Assembly: GCF_963921235.1 (NCBI RefSeq)
Contig: NC_086109.1
Location: 2,234,001-2,298,000 of the forward strand
Origin: Mobula hypostoma
Lineage: Eukaryota
DNA length: 64,000 nt
Direction: 5' to 3'
In this document: piece after piece, positions 40,448 through 53,537 of the stretch
How positions within the stretch are numbered: the stretch's first letter is position 1
Layout of the letters: every line of letters begins with the position of its first letter
Translations under genes and position numbers: made by a program
Notes under the pieces: generated by a model
The model's input: only the letters and a program-made list of their open reading frames with translations
Told to the model about the DNA's origin: nothing
The model's database searches: none

Positions 40448-40851
40448 GTGACATTTTCTGATCCCTTGACGTGACTGTGACACATCACTTACAAAATATT
40501 AACAGAGTTGTTTCTGAACGTAAGACAGGCAGAACAAAATCCTTTTACTCGTCCTCTGATTTTCCGACCTGAATTCTGATTTTCTGATGCTCAAAATCTG
40601 CCACAATCCATAGAACTTTGCAAAATTAATTCCGTGCATCCACGTATTGACACACTGTTGTCTCTAGATTTTTTATGCAGAACTAGTTTCTTTCTGTTAC
40701 TCTTTTGAATTTGATCTATGGCTCCGGGCTCATTTCTGGGATTATATTTATCCTCCACCATGCCGGCAGAACCTAAGCCTGCTAATTAGTTATCCTCCAT
40801 TAGAAATTCACATCGAGAGTTATCACTCTAGATTGTGATTCACTCACTTAC

Positions 40852-40918
40852 CAGGAACTCCAGCTGTAGCGATGATCATGTAAAATATCTTCTCCACATT
40901 ACGATACGCTTCAAACAT
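40852..40918 (-). pseudogene. GPCR gene 3, exon 1 (MFEAYRNVEKIFYMIIATAGVP)
   Basis: ATG at 40918, 67 nt, donor G|GTAAG; in frame with exon 2 (G+TG = Val). Confidence 0.82.
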
Positions 40919-43900
40919 CGTTTTTAAAAGGATGCTGTGTGCTCTTGATAGTAGACCAACACAAATGTATGAAATTTTGATAGGAATCTGTTATATATAT
41001 ATATATACCCTTTGAGATCCCTACGGGATGACTGTACTTGGAAGAGAATTTAAAAATATATTTTCAAAATGTGAAGAATGTGTCAGCCAATTTAATTTGC
41101 CGCGGGGGGAGCTGATTTATGTATTTGTTCATTTGAAATATTTTTGGTGAGAAATTTCAAAGCCTGGAAAAATCGATATCACCCATGTGGACGGATCCCC
41201 GCCCAGGCAAATGATTGAATTCGCCTGAATTGATATAAACAACCCATACATTGCCTGCATTTTTTCTCTACCGTATCCGCAGATTATACTGAGGACTCGA
41301 GTCAAGTGTAGATCTAAACAATTTCTCTCTCTCCGAATGCTCGTTTACTATGTCATTCTTCTCTTAAAGCTTACCGTTCCGAAATCGCTGAATTATCACA
41401 TGTTCTTAAATTGTCTAAACGTCACCTAAATTGGTTGATTCGACAATGTTCCGTTGTCTGAGTCGTGTTTGATCTGAGTCCACCCTGTCCTGTTGCAACA
41501 CAGAACGCTGAACATACAGCACGGTACAGGCCATTTGGCCGCCGATGATGTGCCGACGCTGTAGTCTACTCGAATTTCAAACTAACCCTTACCTCCCAAA
41601 TATCCATCCAGCTTCTTCTATTGACCTTCAAGTATAATAGACTCTTCAAAATCTCTAAAGTATCTGCCTGTACCACCCCTCCAACCGAGTCAGCGCCTTC
41701 CGCCACCTAGCACTGTGTGTGCTAGAATAAAACTCCAGGCAACTCGAGTACTTAACCTGCAACACCGTATGTGTATGTAACCAGGCCTTTTCCGCCCTGA
41801 AACAATATCTCTGACTCTCTCCTCAATCTGTGCCTATTATCATCTTTTACAACTCTATTAAGTAAAAAAAAATACACCGCTCTAAAGAGAAAAGCCCTAC
41901 GTCACTCAAACTAACTTTTAATTCGCAGCTCTTGATCTCAATCACCTGATTAATATTGGCTAAAACGCCAGACAACTTCATTATGTTACTACTATAACCT
42001 TTAATAATAACCATCAGTAGGGCGAAGAGATAATCTGTATTTACAGACAAATACCATTGTTGGGTCAGTTGACAAGCACGTGAATTTACGAAATTAGATA
42101 CAGGTGAACATACCAACTAACTTTCACTGAACCTAAATGCACAACCAAAAATTTGAAAAAAAAAAGTACTGGCCAGACAAACGAGTCTACGTTGGCCAGG
42201 CACTCTTCTTGATCCCGCTGATATGTTCATCTTTCAGTCTTGCGGTGTTCCACTTCTGTAATGGTTCGTCCCACAAAGTTGTCGCTTACTCTGCTCCCGA
42301 AATCCTACATTCCCGTCTGTTATATTTCAGTTTAATTGGCTTAGGCTCATCAGACTGTTGTGTTTCAGTTGCTCATTGGATCTGCCCAAGGCCATATGCA
42401 GAGTACTCCTTTACATCTTTATCCTCAGACCGGTGCCCTGCGAAACTTCCTTTGTTCTTTCCCACTCAGACCAGCTTAAGAAGGTAATCGAAACCCTGAG
42501 CTCTGGTTACTTGAGATCAGAGGTTGTTCTTTTTACATAACTGCATTTTGTCCTTAACCAAAGAAATGTATCAGAAAATCATCTTAGATTTATCAGATCA
42601 TCAGCAGAAATCTCACTGTGTCCGCTTTCACTTGCTGTGATTAAGCCATCCGTGAGCAAGATGCAGTTCAATAAACAGTTCACAAAATTACTACTACAGG
42701 AACAGTGTCACACCATGGCATCCTTCTTTCGTGCGACCACAAGTCAAGGACAAAGATATTTGTTTGTCTGTTTCTACTTCCCTTGTCTTATTCCAAAGCG
42801 CTGATTTGCAGATTTTAGTTCTTTCTGGGCAACATCAAATTCCACACGATTCAAAGATATTTATCTGAGGATGATTATCCTCTCTTATTCTGTTGACTGC
42901 CAATACGATTGTGCTACGCTCACGTTATATATAAAAATAATACTCACTTAAGAGACTTTTGGATAGATACATGGAGCTTAGAAAAACGGAGGGCTATGGT
43001 TAAGCCTAGTAATTTCTAAGGTAGGGACTTGTTCGGCACAACCTTGAAGGCCGAAGGGCCTGTATTGTGCTGTAGGTTTTCTATGTTTCTATGAATGCAC
43101 ACATTTTATCCGGACAATCGTTTCTTCTGTTTTACAAATGCGCCACACTCTTAACTTTCACCTTCGAAGTTGACATACGTTAACCATTCTAATTATCAAC
43201 ACAGATAGAGTTAGTAGTACAGCAGCATGCGATACTATCTTCAGCCAAAGATGCATTTTGTATCCCCAGTTGCAAAACGTATTCCAAAACTTTGCGTTCC
43301 TGAATATCTCATTTGGTTTATCAGCGTATGTTTTAATTACCTTAAGACGTTTCGTCTATTGATGGGTTACCTTCCTTGCTTCTACCTCATCTCGTGTCCA
43401 ATTTGTGGGGGGCGAGCAATCAGTCATGCATGCAGCATATCGTGAAAGGCTGATTATTCTCATTGGGCGGGCAAATTAAATCGTAACGGCAGATATGCGC
43501 TTTACCAAGGGATGGAACTAGTGCCCTCTGGAAGGTCACAATGCCCCAATTCAAAGCGTGACTTCACATCGAGTTATTGAAGGGCTAACTTTGCCTCGGC
43601 TCTGGCAGACGTATTTACTTAGGAAAATCTCACTATCTGTCACACTGATATCGATGGTTGTATTTAGGGGTACGCTATTATCAAGGTATCACAGATTCCT
43701 TATTCGGTATAAAAACAGACACATAAAATATCATTATTTTTTTCCATGTCCTCGTGGTAATGGAAGCTATCATTTGGTGAGACTATTGTTGCAGCAGCCA
43801 TTCTTTTTAAATATTTAGTGACATGATCCTCGCTCAGGTATGGCTCAATAGAAGCAGCTAAAAGTGAACACAATTAGTTAGCGGTTAATGATCTGCCTAA

Positions 43901-45184
43901 CCCAAGACCATTTTCAGATAATATGCTCATTTGGTTATGTAAAATGGTCGGCGTCTGGAAAATACACCCTGGGATCTGAAGCAGCTTGAGCTCAGTGCCC
44001 CCCTCTCCAAACCCCATTATCCCCCAATAACATCTTTATAAATCACAATCGTATGCCCGAAGCATTCACAATAGTAAAATGTGATCGTGGGTTACATGCC
44101 TACATTGTGAAATATTTTAATTCCGCCCCGGGCTATATTACTCCTGTGTACAGTTAATGATTATCGAAAACTCCTTGGATGTAACTGTCCCAATAGATTC
44201 ATCCCTTGTAGGAATTGCCAGCCTACTCAATATTCACGAGTGTGATCCCGCAGAGCTTTCATCTTATCGTGGCCATCATTAACTTATGGCCGCCCAATAA
44301 CTGGATTAAAAACTGACAAATGCTCATTCCCTCATGAATACTTGATAATATCACTTCTAGAAATTTATTACACAAGGATTCTACGCTCTACCCTCCAGGA
44401 TATCTCAAAATTTGTCCACACACGTCACACTATCCATCTCGGGATAATGAACGTTTGAGTCCGCTAATTTTCTGTGCTCGCCGCCGTTACATGGCTTCAC
44501 TGAGAAAAGTTGTTTTTGATCACAGATTATTAGTTTTCTTTATTCTTTCCAGCTTACTGGCGTATTTCCGATAGTAATCTGACAAGATCTGAACACAAAT
44601 TTCAAAATCGCAATATATCCTGCAGATGCTGGAAATCCAGAGTAATAATACTGCAACACGCTCTGCTTATTCCTCTCAAGTCAATTACGCATTCAACTAT
44701 ACATTTAATGAAGAGACAACGAAGTTCCGCATGAAGGCAAAGCGAATCCGAAAGATGTGCACTGCTGCTTCGCTGAGAAGTCGACTCACTTGGAGTTGGA
44801 GCCTCGCTGTCTGGAGAGCACGAAGCAGAAGAGTTCCGCCGCACGGCCACCTAACCCGGATGCAAAGGTGGATCGCTCCAAGCACCGAGCCAATCTGCAA
44901 AGATCGCGAACGGTTTGTTCGGTAGTGAAATCTAGGCCCGAATTGAATCGCTAGGTGGTGTGTTCTATGCCGGGAGATATTCTCCATGGCAGGGTCCGGG
45001 TCCAATTGCTAGTCACGATCGGCTGTTTGGACAATCTGAAGGCCGACGCAAATAGACTGGGGACTCGTTCCCCCGCAACGCTAAGGCTGTGTGACTGCCC
45101 CCGGCTGCTGTGCTTGGTGTGTGCGAACACTGCGGCGACTCTCCCTACTAATATCATAAACTGTAGACTGAGGCTCCTCTCACT

Positions 45185-47345
45185 TCCTTCAAACAAAAGG
45201 TGTAGCCGTGGGCACTCGCACGGGTCCCAGCTATGCCTGCCTGTTTTCGGCTACGTGGAACAGTCTATGTTTCAAGCCTACATTGGTAACCATCCCGCAC
45301 TTTTCCTATGTTACATCAACGACTGCATTAGTGCTGCTTCCTGCAGCCGTGCTGAACCGGTCAACTTCATCCATTTTGTCTCCAAATTCCACCTTGCCCT
45401 CAGATTTGCCTGTTCCATTTCTGACACCCTCCTCCTCTTTCTCGAATTCATTGTCTCTATCTCGGAGACAGCTTATCCGCTGATGCCTATTATAAACCCA
45501 CCGACTCACAGCTACCTGGGCTATGCCTCTTCCCACCCTGATACTTGTAAAAGCGCCAAACCCTTCTCTCAATTCCTCCATTTCCGCCGCTCCTGCTCTC
45601 AGGATGAGGCTTTTCATTAGAGAACGAAGGAGACGGCCTTCTTCCACCATCAAGTTTGCCCGCAACCGCACCTCCTCCATTCTGCGCATGTCTGCTCTTA
45701 CCTCATCCTTCCGCCACCCTTCCAGTGATAGGGTTCCTCTTGTCCTCACCTAGCACCCCACCAGCCTCCGCGTTCAGCACATAATTCTCCGAAACTTCCG
45801 TCATCTCCAACGACATCCCATCGCCAAGTACATCTACCCCTGCCCCACCGCCCCAGATTCTGCATTTCGCAGGAGTCGCTCCCTACGCCACTCCTATATC
45901 CATTCGTCCTTCCCCACTGATATCTCTGCTGGCACTCATACTTGCAAGTGGAACAAATGCTGCATCTGGCCCTACACTTACTCCCTCACTGTGATTTAGG
46001 GCCCTAAATTAGGCGGGAGGAGAAGATGGCAGCGCGACGCGCGCGGGCAGCTCTCCGGTGAAAATGATATTGTTTCTGTTAAATAGGGGCCGTGGACAAT
46101 TCTGATTTGATGGAGACAGATGTGAAAGCACAGAGGAACATCTGGAGAAATTTCTGAAACGCCGGTTCGCTGCCGCTGTTACTGGGCGATCGAGAATATT
46201 CCGGAGGGAAGGCCCCAAAATCCCCGGCTTTCCCTGCTTCTGGCGACCGAGGCTGAGGTCGAATCGTTTGGATAGAGATGGTGCTCGGCACTTGGTGTCG
46301 GAGGGCTGATCGGAGGCTTGAAGTTTTCGGACGACTCAGAGTCGGACTGTGGTCGGGCATGGCAGGGAGAGTTTTCTTCCTTCTCCCGTTTGCGTGAGAT
46401 GTGGGACTTTCGAGAGACTTTGAACTTTTTTACTGTGCCATGGACTGCTCTTCATCAAGTTATGGTATTGTTGCACTGTTGTAATTATATGTTATAATTA
46501 TGTGGTTTTTGTTAGTTTTTCAGTCTTGGTCTGTCCTGTGTTTTTGTGATATCACACTGGAGGAATATTGTATCATTTCTTAATGCATGCATTACTAAAT
46601 GACAATAAAAGAGGACTGCGTGTCCTCATAATCTAATAATCTAATCTATTAAACCGTCCTTTCAGGTGAGGTAAAACTTCCCCTGTGACTGGTGGGGTCA
46701 TATACTGTGTCCAGTGCTCCCGGTGTGGCCAGTTGTATGTCGGTGAGTCACGACGTAGATTGGGAGACTGCTTCGCTGAGCACTGTGGTCTGTCCGCCAG
46801 ACAAACGGGGATCTCCCAGTGGCCATCCAATTTCCTTTCTCTTCCCATTCCCACTACGATATAGGTGTCCATGGCCTTCAACCCTGTCGTGATTAGGCCA
46901 CACTTAGATTGGAAGAACACCACCTTATTTTCCGTTTGGGTAGATTCCAACCTGATGACATGAACATCAATTTTTCGAACTTCCGGTAATGACCCCCATC
47001 CCCACTTTCCTTCACCATTTCCCATCGCCTTTTCCCTCTCTCACCTTATCTCCTTGCCCACCCATCTCCTTCCTCTGGTGCAGTTCCTCCTTTTCTTTTT
47101 TCCATGGCCTACTGTCTCTTTCACCGGTCAACTTCCCAGATCTTTATTTCATCCCTCTCCCTTCAGGCTTCACCTATTTCCTTTTGTTTCCCCCCTCCCC
47201 CACCTTTAAAATCTACTCCTGAGCTATTTTTCTCCAGTCCTGTCGAAGGGTTTCTGCTCGAAACTTCGACTGTACTCTTTTCCATCGATGCTGCCTGACC
47301 TGCTGTGTTGCTTTGATTTCCAGCATCTGCAGATTTTCTCTTGTT
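45185..47345 (+). mobile_element. Older degenerate Penelope element split by a SINE-like insertion
   Basis: GVAVGTRTGPSYACLF, YINDC, GIY-YIG remnant (GVIYCVQCSRCGQLYVGE) and a mutated hammerhead at 47235-47272. Confidence 0.85.
46011..46647 (+). mobile_element. Non-autonomous ~640-bp retroposon (SINE-like), full length
   Basis: Interrupts the Penelope sequence with a short TAAA duplication; 3' hairpin at 46611-46627 and (ATAATCTA)n tail. Confidence 0.78.
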
Positions 47346-47349
47346 TGTG

Positions 47350-48300
47350 ACTGTACTTCATCTTCCACTTTTTTGCCCATTCTCCAAGTTGCTAAGTCCT
47401 GCTGTAATCGTATTCCTTCTTCAAGCAGTAGCTACCCGTCACCTTGTATGCTTTGCAAACTTTGCCATAAAGCCATCTATTCCATATTCCAGATCTTTAA
47501 CAAACTATGTCTATAGTAGCTGTCCCATGACTGACCCCTGAGGAACACCACTAGTTCCTGGTAGCCAACCAGAAAAGACCGCTATTATTTCCACTCGCTG
47601 ATTCCTGCCTGTCAGCCATTTATCCATGCCAGTATATCTCTTATAATGCCATGGGATTTTATCTTGTTAACCAGCCTTGTGTGGCACCTCATCAAAGAAC
47701 TTCTGAAAATCCAAGTAAATGACATCCACGGCCTCTCCTTTGTCCACCCGGGCTTGCTACATTTTCACAGATCCCATGCTGACTTTGAGTTAGATTATCA
47801 TTAGTCTCCAAATACCCCGAAACCTCATCTTTAATAATAGGCCCAACATTTTCCCAACCACTCAGGCTAGACTAACCGATGTATAATTTCCTTTCTTTTG
47901 CCTTCCATCCTTCTTAAAGAGCAGAGTTACATTTGCAAACTTCCAGTCATCCGAGACCATGCCAGAATCAAGTAATTCTTGAAAGATCATAGCCAATGCA
48001 TCCGTTATTTCTTCAGCAACTTATTTTTCTACTGTGGGATGTAGTCCACCTGGTCCATGTGACTTATACACCATAAACCCTTTGAGTTTGCCTAGCACGT
48101 TTTCCTTTTTAATAGTAACGTCACTCCCTCCTGCTTTCTGGCATTCACAGACCTCTGACACACTGCTAGTGTCTTCCACAGTGAAGACTGATGCAAAGTG
48201 CCCATTACGTTCAACTGCCATTTCTTTGTCCACCATTACTGCCTCACCAGCATTATTTTCTAGATGTCCAGTATTAACTCTCACCTCCCTTTATATAACT
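47350..48300 (-). mobile_element. Degenerate CR1 RT fragment
   Basis: HFASVFTVEDT...KSHGPGGLHP and a decayed VPQGS motif on the minus strand. Confidence 0.75.
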
Positions 48301-48679
48301 GAAAAAAAAAACTGTTAACTGTTTAGGTAGAATGTTTCCTTACTGAAAATCAGTTCATCAAACATTGTTGCTAAGTATGGGAATCCGAAGGAGTCCAATT
48401 CAAAATCTGCGGCCTGAGTTACAGTTTCATTGTACAGAGAGGAATCTAATCTAATATTACGTGGTGCCATTCTCTGGTAATGTGTACGAAGAAGTGTAGT
48501 GCCCTGGTTCACATCTTTTCTGTTATGCTGCAGGCAATTCATTTAGAACCTCTGTAAGTGCTGCTGTTCTGCTTTCAGCCTGCTTGGGTTATTGTTAAAG
48601 ATAAGAGATGCTGTGGAGTGGGTGCCATCCAATTAGTGGGAGGTTTTCTTGGAGAGGATCAATAAGGTCGGGCTGTTTT

Positions 48680-49100
48680 TTTTAATTTTTTTGAGAGGAG
48701 GTGAAGAGAGAAGGCGCTGGGGGAACCGGTGGTAGCTGGGAGACCCGCTTATACGAGATGGATTGCGAGCGACGTTGGGAAGATGGTGTTTGCCTTCACG
48801 TTGACCGAGGGCTCAGCGTGTGATTGACAGAGAAGTTCAAGTTAAGTTCTAACTTTGAAAGTTTAATTAGAATGGACCATTTTCTTTTTGTTATTCTTTA
48901 TTAACCCTTCAGTTAATATTCATTAATATGATTCCTCGAAATTATCTCATGGCATTACTTTGTAACAGGGTAGCAAATGACACAGCATCCACACAAACCG
49001 AGGTTTGGGGTGGGATCAAGCTCGCCTCAATTTCACGAGTTTGGCGGGGCCTGAGGTTGTCTTCCCTAGACTTACGCAGCCAAGGAAGCCGAGATGTTTC
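48680..49100. mobile_element. Partial LTR related to family B (5' boundary uncertain)
   Basis: Shares the 3' block with 12579-13292 and 32420-32820; ends in CA. Confidence 0.5.
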
Positions 49101-49240
49101 ATATGGAGTAGATCTGTTTGAATGTTATAGCTGCTGACATATGGTATGTACTTGATATAGCAAATTAGAGAGCCACAAAATAAAAAAAACGTAATTAATA
49201 TGTACTTTAAACTTCAAAGAGAAAATAATTGGTTTGTATT

Positions 49241-51187
49241 TTATTTACAGAGGCGCCCGTTTAATGTAAATAGATTTATCACTCCATTCTTCAATTCCTC
49301 CCCGAATTTCCTCTGTGTCAGTCCGTAGATACACGTATTGGTGCAGGAGCTGAGGAGCTGCAACATAAACCCAGACTGTTGGAAAATATATATCGGTGAA
49401 CTGTAATACTTGTCTGTGTAAGTATAATTTTCTACTTGCCAGTTCGAAGAATGTATAACGTAAGGCATGCACAGTAAGATGAAATTAGCTGACAGAGCAA
49501 ACAACAAAATCATTGACTTCCTCCGGTTCCCTACCTCTGCATCCTTCTGATTCTCGCTGCTGTTCCGCAATCTCCGCCGGACTCTATTCGCTGCAACAAT
49601 ATGCCTGATAGTTAAAGCGTTGAAGAGTAGAATAAAACAGATTGGTAATAACGGGGTCATAATACTATCAAATAACTCGTAGCCTCTCCACATGGCAGAT
49701 GTAAAGTAATCTGCTCTGGGAACGCAGTGCGTTGGGTCCATTGCAAAATAAAATGGAAAAGATTGCGCAAAGCTCACAACACCGACAGTTACTATCACCA
49801 CGGTCGCTGTTCTCTCTGTGCAATACCTCTCCCGCAGTTTTTGACAGCAGATGGCGATGTAGCGATCGAAAGTGAAAGCAACCGTCCACCAGACGGAACA
49901 ATCCATGGATGCAATCCCCAAGACAAGTGTCACAGAACATACAGGCGTTACAAGCAACATATTAGCAAACAGGTACTTATAGTTAATCTTCTTATAGTTA
50001 TAGTTAATAAACGGGACCTTTTCAGAATGGCAGGCGGTGACTAGTGGGGTACCGCAAGGCTCAGTGCTGGGACCCCAGTTGTTTACAATATATATTAATG
50101 ACTTGGATGAGGGAATTAAATGCAGCATCTCCAAGTTTGCGGATGACACGAAGCTGGGTGGCAGTGTTAGCAGTGAGGAGGATGCTAAGAGGATGCAGGG
50201 TGACTTGGATAGGTTGGGTGAGTGGGCAAACTCATGGCAGATGCAATTTAATGTGGATAAATGTGAAGTTATCCACTTTGGTGGCAAAGTAGGAAAACAG
50301 ATTATTATCTGAATGGTGGCCGATTAGGAAAAGGGGAGGTGCAACAGGACCTGGGTGTCATTATACACCAGTCATTGAAAGTGGGCATGCAGGTACAGCA
50401 GGCGGTGAAAAAGGCGAATGGTATGCTGGCATTTATAGCGAGAGGATTCGAGTACAGGAGCAGGGAGGTACTACTGCAGTTGTACAAGGCCTTGGTGAGA
50501 CCACACCTGGAGTATTGTGTGCAGTTTTGGTCCCCTAATCTGAGGAAAGACATCTTTGCCATAGAGGGAGTACAAAGAAGGTTCACCAGATTGATTCCTG
50601 GGATGGCAGGTCTTTCATATGAAGAAAGACTGGATGAACTGGGCTTGTACTCGTTGGAATTTAGAAGATTGAGGGGGGATCTGATTGAAACGTATAAGAT
50701 CCTAAAGGGATTGGACAGGCTAGATGCGGGAAGATTGTTCCCGATGTTGGGGAGGTCTAGAACGAGGGGTCACAGTTTGAGGATAGAGGGGAAGCCTTTT
50801 AGGACCGAGGTTAGGAAAAACTTCTTCACACAGAGAGTGGTGAATCTGTGGAATTCTCTGCCACAGCAAACTGTTGAGGCCAGTTCATTAGCTATGTTTA
50901 AAAGGAAGTTAGATATGGCCCTTGTGGCTACAGGGGTCAAGGGGTATGGAGGGAAGGCTGGGTTCTGAGTTGGATGATCAGCCATGATCATAATAAATGG
51001 CGGTGCAGGCTCGAAGGGCCGAATGGCCTACTCCTGCACCTATTTTCTATGTTTCTATGTTTCTCCAATACAACAGCAAAAATGACGACCATCAGATCCG
51101 CTGCAGCCATGGCCACCAGGTAGCTGGTGATGCATTTTGAGAGACCGCACTTTCCCCGGGACAGGATCACCATCGCCGTTAAATTAA
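49241..51187 (-). pseudogene. GPR139/GPR142-like GPCR gene 4, exon 2, disrupted by a CR1 insertion after TM2
   Basis: Acceptor TTTTTTGCAG|TT AAT at 51187. The 5' part VNLTAMVILSRGKCGLSKCITSYLVAMAAADLMVVIFAVVLE resumes below about 49992 as KINYKYLFANMLLVTPVC...DRY...CTNTCIYGLTQRKFGE...LCK*. Confidence 0.9.
50006..51064 (+). mobile_element. Young 5'-truncated CR1 LINE inserted in gene 4
   Basis: GVPQGSVLGP, FADD, LYKALVRPHLEYC; (TTTCTATG)n tail; near-identical to 9473-10003. Confidence 0.95.
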
Positions 51188-51933
51188 CTGCAAAAAAGTA
51201 AAATAAAATACAGAGTAAGTTGCAAATGACCGAATCTTAATGCGAGTGAATTGATTTGCGTGACATAGATAAGCTTCTATAATATTTTACAGTTGTGTCT
51301 TGAATATTGAAATCTCGCAGTTCGACTATCAGAGAGCCTCCACTGAATGAGAGTGGGCGTGGATAGCCCATCCGATTATCAGTCTTCCGGCGGTGTAAAA
51401 CAAAACGAGACTGGTCCAACAATCTGATCAAACGAATACGCTAAATAGAACCGCAAGAAGCAGAATAAACGACGAGCTTGTCTTTCCATAGAGCAGGGCT
51501 CCATCTAGCGGTTCTTTGAAGTACCGACAGACCTATGAGTGTGAGGGTATTTTTACATTTTAATGGAGTTGGCGACTTGCGATGAACAAAACAAGCAGTG
51601 CAGTGCTTTATGTTACTCTGATTTCACTTGGCATGATCATGCAGATCTAAGTTAACTTACTTCAGCTGGTGCATTTAGAAATGATTTATTCTGACAGAAA
51701 TCCCGCAAAGGATCAGCACAGAAATAGGCCCTGTTTGCCCACCTTGTTCTTGCTGACTGTAAATCCTGTCCATATTGATCCTTTTACCTGCAGTATGGCG
51801 ATGTTCCTCTATTCATCCTTATGACAATGTCTGTTTGTTGAACACTGCCTTTGTTGTATCATACACTGTGTTCTCCGCCAGCTCCTTCCTGATATTACAC
51901 ATTCTGCATGGAAAACCTGCCTTCACATTACCT

Positions 51934-52060
51934 TAACACGAGGAAATCTGCAGATGCTGGAAATTCAAGCAACACACACAAGAAATGCTTGTGAACGCAG
52001 CAGGCCAGGCAGCATCTATTGGAAGAGGTACAGTCGACATTTTTTGTGTGTGTTGCTTCA
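51934..52060. mobile_element. Short Penelope-end insertion with inverted structure
   Basis: AAGCAACACACACAA...TTGTGTGTGTTGCTT arms; imperfect flanking duplication CTTCACATTACCTT / CTTCATATCACCTT. Confidence 0.6.
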
Positions 52061-53537
52061 TATCACCTTTGTAGCTTCAAATTCATTGATTGATCACATG
52101 TAAATCGACACACAGTGAAATGTGTCATTTGTGTTAACATATAATGTGATCTACGAATGTACTGGGAGCAGACCGCAACCATCACCAGAGACAGCGGCGC
52201 CAACAGAACAACAGCATAAAAACCGAAGAAAATAAGCTCGGTACCTCGCTCTCATCTACACAACACCACAACACCCCCCCCCCCACCACGCCACAGAACC
52301 CGCTAACGGCAGGAAAGACCGGCATCTTGCCTCTCTTGGAATTGCGGACTTACAGTCACATTGCCCTCCGACTTCCCGAATGGATGAGCTGACTCGCGGG
52401 CTTTGGGTTTCCGCCATCGATGCTTCGACCTCGGCATATCCCATAGACTTTCGTCTTTCTATCTTCAGTACTGGGCGCAGGACTTAGCGAAGACTTATTC
52501 CTGATACCGATGAGTTCCCGAATATTAGCATTCTGCTCCCTCAGCTGTCCAGCCTTCACGCCCATCTCCGTGGTGAAATCCTATCAGAACTACTTCTCAT
52601 TTTTTCTGGCTCCGTGCATACACTATCCCTCCTGTCTCCGAGGGAATCTATTCCTTCCTTAGCTGTATGCATGCTGCTAACACACTTACAAATGATCTCG
52701 GATTCTTACAAATTCCACAGGCTAAGTAACCTCGTGGACCACCTTCCCTCCTAACTTCTCTTAGATGTTCTCTTACAGTCCGTATATACGTCAAGCAAAT
52801 TCCCTACACCAAAGAAAAGCCTCTCCTTTAATATCAGTTCCGTAAAGGCAACGAGGGACTTCCTGAATCTGAAGTTATACAATAACAACGGAAAGTAGGT
52901 TCAAAGCAGAGGTGGATAGATTCTTAATTGATCAGGGGATCAAGGGATACGTGCATACGACAGGATATCGGGGCTGAGGAAAATTGGATCAGCGTTGATG
53001 AGATGGCGGAACAGACTCGATGATGAAATGGCCAAATTCTGCTCCAAGCTCTTCTTGTCGTATGGTCTTATCTGACCTACTCTTGTCGGCTGTCTAGAGG
53101 ACACCCCCAATCCACTTTTGCCAGGTTTCCATTGTCGACATCTAACTTTTCCCTCTTTAAGCTTTTTATCGAAGGGCAAACAGGATGGAATACTGGGGCA
53201 GAATCTACACAATGCGGGCTTTGTTAGCATAAATAAACAGTTCTAATACTAATTATCATCAATTAAAACGCATTTTTTCATTGTGGGATGTGCTGTTCAT
53301 AGCTATTATAAATATGTAAACGCATTGAAAATCTCATGCGAACCCCCATAAGCAACTAAGACACCGAGGTAGCAAAATTCACATGAACAAAAACACAAAT
53401 AACAAGACTAAATGCTCACTAAGTAAACTGATAGAGTTTACCGTGCAACTGAATTGCAAGAGCCTACTGCAGTACAAATCAGCAAGTGCAATATAACGAC
53501 TGAACCACAGATATCGGAGTCAGCACCAGTACCTTAC

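Noticed and set aside
49241..50287. 348-aa ORF as an intact GPCR with a long N-terminus
   Set aside because: The first ~95 codons are antisense CR1 sequence; the true TM1-TM2 lie at 51061-51187 beyond the insertion.
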